64,000 bases of DNA from Chlamydiota bacterium (GTDB taxonomy: Bacteria > Chlamydiota > Chlamydiia > Chlamydiales > JACKPQ01), in NCBI GenBank assembly GCA_021772435.1, contig JAJFLZ010000048.1, forward strand, positions 15,449-79,448, written 5' to 3'. Shown here one piece after another: positions 46,906-54,974 of the stretch; positions within the stretch are counted from its first letter, which is position 1; the number at the start of each line of letters is the position of its first letter. The position numbers and the translations under genes were made by a program. The notes below the pieces were generated by a model, which did not search any database, was not told the DNA's origin, and saw nothing but the letters and a program-made list of their open reading frames with translations.

Positions 46906-48774
46906 ATGTTAGAAAAAATTGCAACCACAATTCGCTCTCTAACTATGGATGCGGTAGAGCATGCAGGATCTGGCCACCCAGGTCTTCCCATGGGCTGTGC
47001 AGAGTTGGGCGCGTTTTTGTTTGCTGAGTTTTTGCTATACAACCCTGCATCCCCTAAGTGGAGAGATCGTGATCGATTGATCTTGTCAGCTGGTCATGGC
47101 TCTTTGTGGCTATATACGTGTTTGCATCTAGCTGGTTTTTCTATCTCTATTGAAGACCTAAAACGATTTAGACAATTTAGATCTAAAACTCCAAGTCATC
47201 CAGATTTCACTAAAACTGAAGGGATTGAAGCAACAACAGGAGTGGATGGGCAGGGGGTCGCATTTGCTGTGGGACAAGCCCTAGCTTTAAAAACCCAAAA
47301 TATTGATAGCAAAGTCGTTGTACTTGCAGGTGATGGATGTTTAATGGAAGGAATTTCTTATGAGTCATGTTCTTTAGCAGGTCACCTATGCCTGGATAAT
47401 CTTATATTGATTTATGACAGTAACCAGACAACGTTAGATGGATACGTTGATGAAAGCTTGTCAGAAAATATACAGCAACGATTTGAGGCCCAAGGTTGGG
47501 ATGTCTTTGAAATTAATGGCCACGATTTTAATCAAATTAGAGATGCGTTCATTCCGTTTAGGAAAAATCAAAACAAACCTGCAATCGTTATTGCACATAC
47601 TAAAATTGGAAAAGGATCGCCTACAAAAGAAGGGACTCCAGCGGCTCACGGTCGCCCATTGGGTCCAGAAGAGATAGAAAAAGCGAAAAGCAATTTAAAC
47701 ATAACCTCAAAGCCATTTTATGTTGATCCAGCTATTTATGAATTCTTCAAAAGAAAAGCACATTGCCCGCCGATACCAGTTGAGAAAGAAATAGAAAAAG
47801 ATGTTCGCTTAGCAATTGAAAATGTGACTATAAATTCACCTATAGCTACGCGTTGGGCATCGCATGAAGTTTTGAATGCAGTTGCTGAATGTATCCCCTC
47901 GTTAATTGTTGGATCGGCGGACCTCTCCTCTTCAGATGGAACATTTTTACGAGATTTTAGCGTTATTTCTAAAAATGCGTTTAATGGGAGAAATATCAAA
48001 TATGGAGTGCGAGAATTTTCAATGGCAGGCTTAGCTGCTGGAATGGCTCAAACAGGATTAATTGTACCTGTAGTTGGAACTTTTCTTGCCTTCGCTGATT
48101 ACATGAGAAGCGCTTTGCGGATGACTTCTCTTATGCGCTTAAAGGTTATTTATCATTTAACCCATGACTCTATTTTTGTAGGCCGCGATGGACCTACGCA
48201 TCAACCCGTTGAGCAGCTCAGTTCTCTACGCGGCATTCCTGGGTTACTTGTCGTTAGACCCGCAGATATTGATGAAGTCAAGGGAGCTTGGGTCGCTGCT
48301 ATTGAATATCAAGGGCCTACTGCAATGATTTTATCCAGACAGCCTCTTCCAAAACTCCCTTGTAGCTCTTTAGATGGGGTGTTAAGAGGGGCTTACATCA
48401 TTAGACCAGAAGAAACCGATACGGTTGAATATCTTCTTTTAGCCACTGGTTCAGAAGTTCAATTAGCCCTTGAAGTTGCCAAAGAACTTGGTCCCTCAGC
48501 ACGGGTGGTATCTATGCCTTCTTGGGAGCTTTTTGAAAAACAGACAGATGAATATAAAGAAGCTCTTTTGCAAGGCAAAATCAAGATGAGCATCGAAGCA
48601 GGCATAGAGCAGGGGTGGCATAAATACATTGGTGCAGATGGTATAGCTATTGCTCTTTCTGAATTTGGCGAATGTGGAAGTATAGAAGACCTTCAGGAGC
48701 ATTTTGGCTATCACAAAGTGAAAATTCTCAACAAAATCAAACAAGTTAAGGAGAAACTATGCGCATTACTGTAG
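46906..48774 (+). CDS. tkt: transketolase
   Basis: GSGHPGLPMGCAELG, GHGSLWLY, GDGCLMEGISYE and THDSIFVGRDGPTHQPVEQL motifs. Confidence 0.95.
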   Translation: MLEKIATTIRSLTMDAVEHAGSGHPGLPMGCAELGAFLFAEFLLYNPASPKWRDRDRLILSAGHGSLWLYTCLHLAGFSISIEDLKRFRQFRSKTPSHPDFTKTEGIEATTGVDGQGVAFAVGQALALKTQNIDSKVVVLAGDGCLMEGISYESCSLAGHLCLDNLILIYDSNQTTLDGYVDESLSENIQQRFEAQGWDVFEINGHDFNQIRDAFIPFRKNQNKPAIVIAHTKIGKGSPTKEGTPAAHGRPLGPEEIEKAKSNLNITSKPFYVDPAIYEFFKRKAHCPPIPVEKEIEKDVRLAIENVTINSPIATRWASHEVLNAVAECIPSLIVGSADLSSSDGTFLRDFSVISKNAFNGRNIKYGVREFSMAGLAAGMAQTGLIVPVVGTFLAFADYMRSALRMTSLMRLKVIYHLTHDSIFVGRDGPTHQPVEQLSSLRGIPGLLVVRPADIDEVKGAWVAAIEYQGPTAMILSRQPLPKLPCSSLDGVLRGAYIIRPEETDTVEYLLLATGSEVQLALEVAKELGPSARVVSMPSWELFEKQTDEYKEALLQGKIKMSIEAGIEQGWHKYIGADGIAIALSEFGECGSIEDLQEHFGYHKVKILNKIKQVKEKLCALL

Positions 48775-49019
48775 AACTGAGCTTATATCCTCTAACTGAA
48801 AATTATGTAGTCCCCATTAGAGAGTTCATTGCCCGGTTAAAAACTTATAAAGAGCTTAATATTGTCACGAATGCAATAAGTACGCAAATCGTAGGCGAAC
48901 ATGCAGATGTCTTTGAAATTTTATCAAAAGAAACTGAGATAACGTTTGCCTCTGGCCACAACGTTTTTGTAATGAAAATCCTTGGTTTTGAAAGAGATAT
49001 TGAACGAAAAGGAAAGTAG
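48759..49019 (+). CDS. MTH1187/YkoF-like (UPF0045, thiamine-binding-like) small protein
   Basis: Strong AAGGAG before an ATG that overlaps the tkt 3' end. ITVELSLYPL...ISTQIVGEHADVFEIL resembles the DUF77 pattern (sv.P.g....T.vEGe.d.v). Confidence 0.5.
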   Translation: MRITVELSLYPLTENYVVPIREFIARLKTYKELNIVTNAISTQIVGEHADVFEILSKETEITFASGHNVFVMKILGFERDIERKGK

Positions 49020-49034
49020 TAGAAGTGTGTAGAA

Positions 49035-49044
49035 GGGGGGGGGG
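49035..49044. repeat. homopolymeric G10 tract (intergenic)
   Basis: I counted ten consecutive G at 49035-49044, between 48759..49019 and 49186..49398. Confidence 0.9.
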
Positions 49045-49185
49045 TCTATTCTATTCGTTCTCGATGGATAAAAAAGTGTCTCATGTTTTTAGATGATTAA
49101 CCTTGATAGTTCTTCACCTTTGAAAGTTTGAAAATTTCTTGCAAAACAACTTTGATGAGTTTAAGCTCTCGAGTGTTGAATCAGC

Positions 49186-49398
49186 ATGGAGGCAATGTTG
49201 GAAACGGAAATTTTTAAGTACTTTTTGTATGTTTTTATCGCAGTTCTTACCCCATATTTTCTTGCAAAAGGTTTGTGGGGTTTGATCAAAAATAAAGGGA
49301 AGTACACCTTTAAAATTCTTTGGCACAATTCTGCTCACTTATTTGGGGTGGTTATTTTGATTGTTGTTTTTATAAGACTACTTTTCATGAAAGGATGA
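49186..49398 (+). CDS. small two-TM membrane protein
   Basis: 70 aa with two hydrophobic stretches. The next gene follows 4 nt later and carries its own AAAGGA. Confidence 0.4.
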   Translation: MEAMLETEIFKYFLYVFIAVLTPYFLAKGLWGLIKNKGKYTFKILWHNSAHLFGVVILIVVFIRLLFMKG

Positions 49399-49402
49399 TG
49401 AA

Positions 49403-50050
49403 ATGAGGTTATTTTTTTTATTATTGGTGTTGCCGATTGTTGGCTTTTGCAATATCGAGAAAGACGATATTCTGAAAGAATTTTCTTTAAATATGAAGGA
49501 GGCCGATATTGATGGAGCCTTCCAGTCTATTGATCAATGGAAGGAATTGTATCCTGATGATATTCATATGGCAGAAGTTTGTAGAGCATTTTTGTTACTG
49601 CTGGATGAAAAACTCGATCAGGCAAGGTTTTTATTTGAGGCTCATCTCCCTGAGATTCCTACTCAAGATGGACAGCTTGCTTCACAAAGCCAAATAGCAG
49701 GCCTTTTTTATCGAATCCTACAGATGTATGAAAACCCTTTAACTTTAGAGGCTTTAAACTCTGAAGCTAGAGTGGTTTTATGTAAAAAACGTTCACGGTT
49801 TTGGAAGGGTAAGGCGATTCTGGGAATGGTGACGATGGCGGCTGGTGCGGTTGTTGCAGTTGTAAATCCTCCTCTTGGGTGGGGAATGATAATTTCATCA
49901 ATACCCATGGTAGCAGAAGGAATAGAAAATTCAGAAGACTATCATGAAGAGATAGAGAGAAGAAAGTCTGAAAATAGGCGGACAGAAGCTGAATTGGATC
50001 GCACATCATATTTTTATGAACCCAGGAACAATGGACTAATAATGGTTTGA
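49403..50050 (+). CDS. hypothetical membrane protein with N-terminal signal and a bilobed hydrophobic domain
   Basis: MRLFFLLLVLPIVGFC, then AILGMVTMAAGAVVAVVNPPLGWGMIISSIPMVAEGI (two hydrophobic lobes split by NPP). Confidence 0.55.
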   Translation: MRLFFLLLVLPIVGFCNIEKDDILKEFSLNMKEADIDGAFQSIDQWKELYPDDIHMAEVCRAFLLLLDEKLDQARFLFEAHLPEIPTQDGQLASQSQIAGLFYRILQMYENPLTLEALNSEARVVLCKKRSRFWKGKAILGMVTMAAGAVVAVVNPPLGWGMIISSIPMVAEGIENSEDYHEEIERRKSENRRTEAELDRTSYFYEPRNNGLIMV

Positions 50051-50056
50051 TGTGAA

Positions 50057-50124
50057 TGAGTCATATGAGTCAAATATAGGTCTTTTTATGACTCATATGA
50101 CTCACCTTTGACTCACATGAGTCA
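50057..50124. repeat. second array of six TGAGTCA/TGACTCA heptamers, including a perfect 16-bp inverted repeat
   Basis: Copies start at 50057, 50066, 50089, 50098, 50109 and 50118. TGAGTCATATGAGTCA (50057-50072) is the exact reverse complement of 50089-50104. The array lies between two convergent 3' ends. Confidence 0.9.
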
Positions 50125-50176
50125 TAAAGAAGATGTTGTTAACTACCTGAAAAACAACGGGCTTTGATAGAATAGA

Positions 50177-50695
50177 CTAATTCCAGGGCATTTTCTCAAG
50201 GAGCATCTCGGTGTAGCAGACCCCGCGGATGGCTGAGAAAGTAAAACCAAAACCAATGAAAAAGGGGAGGAGAAACCACCAGGGATTCCAAACAAGGCCA
50301 AAGATCATCCCGATCAGGATGAGAGAGCCAGCCAGCAGATAGACCTGACGTTGGATAGAGAAAGTGGCTTTTCCTTTAATGAAAGGGATACCTGCTTTTT
50401 CCCAGTCGTTTAGATGTCCCTTTACGTAGACAAGTTTTTCAGGGTCCAGCCCCATTTTTTCAAGGTCTTCGCACGCTTGCTTGCAGCGAATACCTGCTTG
50501 GCAATAAAAGTAGGCTTTGTCAAGCTTATTAATGGCCTCTTTTTGGTCGGAAAGAGATTTGTAGGGGATGTTTTCTGCCCCTTCAATATGTTCTGATTTA
50601 AACTCGCTAGGGTAGCGAACGTCGATGATCTTTTCCTTTTCTGAAAGCCCTTTGTCTAGGACCGCTTTAAATTCTTCTAGAGATACCGTTTTCAT
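50177..50695 (-). CDS. rhodanese-domain membrane protein (YgaP-like, rhodanese + DUF2892)
   Basis: Rhodanese active-site loop CQAGIRC, followed by two C-terminal TM helices. Confidence 0.75.
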   Translation of the reverse strand: MKTVSLEEFKAVLDKGLSEKEKIIDVRYPSEFKSEHIEGAENIPYKSLSDQKEAINKLDKAYFYCQAGIRCKQACEDLEKMGLDPEKLVYVKGHLNDWEKAGIPFIKGKATFSIQRQVYLLAGSLILIGMIFGLVWNPWWFLLPFFIGFGFTFSAIRGVCYTEMLLEKMPWN

Positions 50696-50768
50696 AAAAA
50701 ATCCTTGGTTCTTTTCTAATATTTAAAATTAGTGGAAATAAAAGTCGATCTATTTTAGGAGTGGCTTT

Positions 50769-51386
50769 ATGGCACGTAAAAAAAGAGTGGATCCTATGTT
50801 TAAAAAGTACTTTGGTATTGAAACCCCTATCGTTTACTTAGAAGATGTCAAAGTGCAGAGCAAAATAGAGGAGCGCTTTAACCGATCATGGAAACGGTTC
50901 TACAAAAAGGCCGATCCGATCATTTCCGATTTTCGAGGGGAGCGGCTCGAGGCTTTTTTTAGACAGCTCGAAAGAGATGGCTCTGACGAACGGTACAACA
51001 GACGGGTGAGCATCCGCTTTATCAACCCAGTCGTGGGCTATGGCGTTTTCGCTAAAGAAGATATCCCCCCCTACTCCACCTTGGCGCAGTATACGGGCCT
51101 TCTCATGCTCGATGAGGAGATCGACCCCGACCACGATAGCACCTTCTCCTTTTCTGACTATAAAACCTACTCAATCGATGCGGCAAACCATGGAAATTGG
51201 GCCCGCTTCATGAACCATTGCGGAGAGGGGGAAGCAAAAAATAATGCGATCCCTTGGGAATTCTATACCGAAAAAGGTCCTCGCGTTGTTTTCACCTCAG
51301 GAGCTCATGGAATTAAGAAAGGGAAACAGATCCTTTATTCTTATGGAGATGAGTACTGGACCGAGAAAAAATGTGTGAAGTTCTAA
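50769..51386 (+). CDS. SET-domain protein lysine methyltransferase (eukaryote-like)
   Basis: GYGVFAKEDI, ARFMNHC (the NH(S/C)C motif) and LYSYGDEYW (the ELxYDY-like post-core). Confidence 0.85.
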   Translation: MARKKRVDPMFKKYFGIETPIVYLEDVKVQSKIEERFNRSWKRFYKKADPIISDFRGERLEAFFRQLERDGSDERYNRRVSIRFINPVVGYGVFAKEDIPPYSTLAQYTGLLMLDEEIDPDHDSTFSFSDYKTYSIDAANHGNWARFMNHCGEGEAKNNAIPWEFYTEKGPRVVFTSGAHGIKKGKQILYSYGDEYWTEKKCVKF

Positions 51387-51498
51387 GACTTTCAGTGAGA
51401 TAGAGAACAAATACAAATAATTATTTGCAATAAAGTTTCTAATTCTGTAATTAGTTAATTATAGGGCGAAGGCAAACCTATGTTTGTCCCTGCTTTTG

Positions 51499-51553
51499 CC
51501 TGTGGTTGCTACCTAGGGGTGCCTGAAAGGTATCCATAGGTAGCAATCACAGG
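51499..51553 (+). promoter_or_regulatory. 17-bp stem hairpin in the leader of the DUF378 gene pair
   Basis: CCTGTGGTTGCTACCTA (51499-51515) pairs with TAGGTAGCAATCACAGG (51537-51553), with one G-U. The loop is 21 nt. The structure ends 30 nt before the ATG at 51584. Confidence 0.5.
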
Positions 51554-51583
51554 TTTTACTTGGGATTGTTTAAGGAGTAGGCA

Positions 51584-51784
51584 ATGAAAAAATTAGATAC
51601 ACTTGTTTGTATCCTTCTCTGTCTTGGTGGCTTAAATTGGGGCTTGATGGGATTATTTGAGTTTAATCTTATCGGAACTTTTGTTGGGCAGGATTGGTTA
51701 GATCGTGTGATTTACGTTCTTATCGGTGCAGCTGCAGTTTACCAAGCAGTAGGTTGGAAACAAATTAAAAAACGTTGGAAATAA
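51584..51784 (+). CDS. DUF378 small membrane protein
   Basis: LGGLNWGLMGLFEFNLI pattern. AAGGAG before the ATG. Confidence 0.75.
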   Translation: MKKLDTLVCILLCLGGLNWGLMGLFEFNLIGTFVGQDWLDRVIYVLIGAAAVYQAVGWKQIKKRWK

Positions 51785-51809
51785 AGAACTTGGCTGGAGG
51801 ATATCCATT

Positions 51810-52022
51810 ATGTTAAGAAGACTAGATGGTTTAGCTGTCCTTTTTTTAGTTCTAAGTGGAATTGTTTGGGGATTCGTGGGACTGTATCGATTGAATCTGG
51901 TCGAATATGTCTTTGATCGCGAGTGGCTCGTCCGCATCATTTATGTGTTGTTTGGCGTCGCCTTTATCTACCACACAATCTCTTGGCGCGCGGATAGCAA
52001 AAAGAAGAAAACAAAGCGTTAA
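51810..52022 (+). CDS. DUF378 small membrane protein (paralog)
   Basis: LSGIVWGFVGLYRLNLV pattern. It is tandem to the previous gene. Confidence 0.7.
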   Translation: MLRRLDGLAVLFLVLSGIVWGFVGLYRLNLVEYVFDREWLVRIIYVLFGVAFIYHTISWRADSKKKKTKR

Positions 52023-52033
52023 TCTTTGTGGAT

Positions 52034-52066
52034 GAGCTCGACTTGATCGAGCTCGTTTTTCTTTAT
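52034..52066 (+). terminator. rho-independent terminator
   Basis: GAGCTCGA-CTTGA-TCGAGCTC, followed by GTTTTTCTTTATTTT. Confidence 0.8.
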
Positions 52067-52102
52067 TTTAAATAGAGATATGAAGTACCGTTATGCATAC
52101 GT

Positions 52103-53206
52103 ATGAAACGGTTACTCCTTTATAGGACTGTTGAAAAAGTCCATTTCCACATCTTTCGCGCACTTTCCGGAAAAAATCGCAAAATCTGGGGAAAGCGACT
52201 TTCTCAACAATCCCTTTATCTCATCGTCGTAGCATCTTGTTTTTCAGGATGTAAAGGGAAGCAAACGGTTGTCAAGGTGACCCCCTTTTCGCATGAAATT
52301 CCCGCAGCCTCTCCTCGCATAAGCTATCCCTTTATGGGGCTTATCGATGAGGAGTATCAGCTTGAGTGGACCCTTTTAAAGAATCTCCCTAAAAAAAGAA
52401 AATACTTCAAGCGGCTTAGCTTTTTTGTTAAGAATCTGAAAACCAAAAAGATTGTTCTTAATAACCTTGCTCCTCCCTACTCAAAAGCAAAGCTCAGACA
52501 GATCCCCAAAGAGAAGCTCGTCCTGATTTTGTGGGAGCCTCCTTCTGTCTTTCTCCATCAGTATCAAGAGGATGTTCTCGACCTTTTTGGGACGGTTCTC
52601 ACCTGGAATGATGACATGGTCGATGGGAAAAAATTCATTAAATTCAATTATCCCAGCCTTCGCCCCATCCAGGAAAATCTTCCTTCCTTCAAAGAGCGTA
52701 AGTTTCTCTGTATGATTGCGACCAACTTGAAGTTCAATGATTTTGAAAAAGAGCTCTACTCAATGAGGCGCAAGGCGGTGGAGTTTTTTGAGTCGAAGCC
52801 AGAAGGAACCTTTGATCTTTATGGAAAGGGATGGGAAGCTTTTAAAAACGCAAAGGGAAGAGTTCCAGATAAGCTAGAAACTCTTAAGGATTATAAGTTT
52901 AACTTCTGCTTTGAGAATACCCACGTTCCCGGCTACATCACAGAAAAGATTTTCGATAGTTTTGCTGTGGGGGCGATTCCGATTTATCTGGGGGCGACGA
53001 ATATCGAGGAGTCTATCCCTCCAGAATGTTTCATCGATTATCGTCAGTTTAATGGTTTTGACGAGATGCTTGAGTTTCTTGAAGCTCTTTCTGAGGAAGA
53101 TTATAATAGCTACCTTACTCATATCAAAGCTTTTGTAGAGGGACCAAAGAGTGCTCCCTTTACCCGGAAAGCTTTTTGCGAAACGCTTTCTCAAACCTTG
53201 AATTAA
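52103..53206 (+). CDS. GT10-family alpha-1,3/4-fucosyltransferase-like protein
   Basis: FNFCFENTHVPGYITEKIFDSFAVGAIPIYLG matches the FucT alpha-1,3 motif (F.L.FENS...DY.TEK). The N-terminal hydrophobic segment LYLIVVASCFSGC could be a lipobox or signal anchor. Confidence 0.8.
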   Translation: MKRLLLYRTVEKVHFHIFRALSGKNRKIWGKRLSQQSLYLIVVASCFSGCKGKQTVVKVTPFSHEIPAASPRISYPFMGLIDEEYQLEWTLLKNLPKKRKYFKRLSFFVKNLKTKKIVLNNLAPPYSKAKLRQIPKEKLVLILWEPPSVFLHQYQEDVLDLFGTVLTWNDDMVDGKKFIKFNYPSLRPIQENLPSFKERKFLCMIATNLKFNDFEKELYSMRRKAVEFFESKPEGTFDLYGKGWEAFKNAKGRVPDKLETLKDYKFNFCFENTHVPGYITEKIFDSFAVGAIPIYLGATNIEESIPPECFIDYRQFNGFDEMLEFLEALSEEDYNSYLTHIKAFVEGPKSAPFTRKAFCETLSQTLN

Positions 53207-53238
53207 ACTTGGTTAGTTTATAGTGGAAAAAAAGTACG

Positions 53239-53535
53239 ATGGGGGAGATTCTTAACAAGGGAGCTGAGCAGGTGAAGAATATACCTATCGAGGAAGGTTT
53301 TCGGATGGTTTCCTTTCCCGATGTGGGTGACAGAGTCTGTTATTTGGGGGCAAAAGGAGCTTTGGGAACCGTTTTAGAAAATGGAAAGATTCAGACGGCC
53401 GCAGGGGAGCACACCCTTTTTGAGAGGGAAGAACATGGCACAGAAGTGGTGTTTTTAAGAAAGTATGTTGACAAAGCTTTTACAGACCTATCCGAGCAAA
53501 GACATTGTGCATCATCTTCGAGCTCTTCTCACTAA
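53239..53535 (+). CDS. hypothetical protein (doubtful)
   Basis: 98-aa ORF with a weak RBS. It overlaps the trmH start by ~70 nt. Confidence 0.3.
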   Translation: MGEILNKGAEQVKNIPIEEGFRMVSFPDVGDRVCYLGAKGALGTVLENGKIQTAAGEHTLFEREEHGTEVVFLRKYVDKAFTDLSEQRHCASSSSSSH

Positions 53536-54139
53536 GGAGCGGATCGAGCGGATTGATCAAGTACTTGCGCGTCGCATCAGCGCTATCGAGGTCGCTTTGG
53601 AGGCTCCTTATGATGTCCATAATGGCTTAGCGGTGATCCGAACAGCAGAGGCGCTAGGAGCCTTTCAGCTTCACTTTATCAACGCGCAGATGAAAAAAGG
53701 GCAGGGGAAAAACACCACCAAGGGGACGCTTAAGTGGACGCAGTTAACCCGTCACGAGACCTTGGAAAATTTTCTCGCTGAAAAAAGTAACCTCCTCATT
53801 GTTGGAGCGTGCGCTGAAGGGAGTGTCCCCCTCGAGGAACTTCCTCTTGATCGCCCCCTTTGTTTTCTTTTTGGCAATGAAAGAGAGGGGCTTTCCGAAG
53901 AGGCAAAAGAAAAGGCAGATCTTCTTTTTAAGGTGCCGATGTATGGGATGGTTGAAAGCCTTAATCTATCGGTTGCAGCAGCGATCACCCTTTATGATTT
54001 TCTAAAAAGGAAAAGAGTCTATCTGGGTAGAGAAGGGGATCTTACCGAAGAAGAAATCTTTCGAGAAAAAGCCCGTTTTTATATCCGCTCTTTGGGAATT
54101 GAGCAATCCAAAGAAATTCTTCACCGTGCGACTTCTTGA
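53465..54139 (+). CDS. trmH: SpoU/TrmH-family RNA 2'-O-methyltransferase
   Basis: HNGLAVIRTAEALG, FGNEREGLS and ESLNLSVAAAITLYDF motifs. Confidence 0.85.
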   Translation: MLTKLLQTYPSKDIVHHLRALLTKERIERIDQVLARRISAIEVALEAPYDVHNGLAVIRTAEALGAFQLHFINAQMKKGQGKNTTKGTLKWTQLTRHETLENFLAEKSNLLIVGACAEGSVPLEELPLDRPLCFLFGNEREGLSEEAKEKADLLFKVPMYGMVESLNLSVAAAITLYDFLKRKRVYLGREGDLTEEEIFREKARFYIRSLGIEQSKEILHRATS

Positions 54140-54789
54140 AGATAATCGAGGATCTCCTCAAGGATGTCGTTAATGGGACGGTTGCATGAAACCCCTTTGA
54201 AGCTTTGCCCTTTTGAGTAGTAGGTAATCAAGGGAGCAGTTTGGCTGTGATAGACAGCGAGTCGCTTTCGGACCACCTTTTCATCATCATCGGTTCGTTT
54301 GACAAGGGGGCTATTGCAACGGTCGCAGCTCCCTTCTTTTTGGGGAGGGGAGGTGATTAGGTGGTAGGGGGCGCTGCACCCGCTGCAGACAAACCGTTTT
54401 TCTAAACGCTCGACAATGACGTCGTCGCTTAGCTCTAGATTAAGCGCGGCTAGTTTGACATCGTTTCCGAGCCGTTTATGATAAGCCTCTGCTTGGGCAA
54501 GAGTGCGGGGGAAACCGTCGAGGATGTATCCCTTTTCGCAGTCGGGAGCGCCTACCCGGTCAAAAAGCATGTCGAGAATAAGGTCATCGGGAACGAGTTT
54601 TCCTCCGTTCATGTACCCCTGGGCTTCTTTTCCAAGAGAGGTTTCCCCCTTGACGTTGAGGCGGAGAAGGTCCCCCGTTGAGATGTGAGGAATCTGAAGG
54701 GTTTTCGCGAGGATTCCCGCTTGGGTCCCTTTTCCAGCGCCTGGAGGGCCGAGGAGGATAAGAACAAGTGTTGCCTGAGCTTGTAACAT
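54121..54789 (-). CDS. adk: adenylate kinase (zinc-lid type)
   Basis: LLGPPGAGKGTQA, GFPRTLAQAE, and a Cys4 lid (CSGCSAPY...CDRCNS). Confidence 0.95.
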   Translation of the reverse strand: MLQAQATLVLILLGPPGAGKGTQAGILAKTLQIPHISTGDLLRLNVKGETSLGKEAQGYMNGGKLVPDDLILDMLFDRVGAPDCEKGYILDGFPRTLAQAEAYHKRLGNDVKLAALNLELSDDVIVERLEKRFVCSGCSAPYHLITSPPQKEGSCDRCNSPLVKRTDDDEKVVRKRLAVYHSQTAPLITYYSKGQSFKGVSCNRPINDILEEILDYLQEVAR

Positions 54790-54813
54790 GAGCTCATATT
54801 AGCACAGAAGAGA

Positions 54814-54972
54814 TTATTTGTGACCCCTTTTGGGCTGTTTAGGAGGAACTTTTTTAGGGATAGAGGAGGTTTCTTCCTCAAGCTCATGTTTAAGGTCTTT
54901 TTCTTGTTCTTTAGCGACCGCTTGTTGCCGCTTTTTTTCTTGAATGTCAGGACTGACAATTTTTCTTTTCAT
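54814..54972 (-). CDS. possible 52-aa Lys/Glu-rich small protein (below ORF-track threshold)
   Basis: My own translation is MKRKIVSPDIQEKKRQQAVAKEQEKDLKHELEEETSSIPKKVPPKQPKRGHK. The ATG abuts the left end of the palindromic element at 54975. The RBS is weak. Confidence 0.25.
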   Translation of the reverse strand: MKRKIVSPDIQEKKRQQAVAKEQEKDLKHELEEETSSIPKKVPPKQPKRGHK

Positions 54973-54974
54973 AA

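Noticed and set aside
54609-54959. 116-aa minus-strand ORF overlapping the adk 5' end.
   Set aside because: It reads through the adk N-terminal coding region in another frame and gives a K/S/L-rich low-complexity product. The adk frame is unambiguous.
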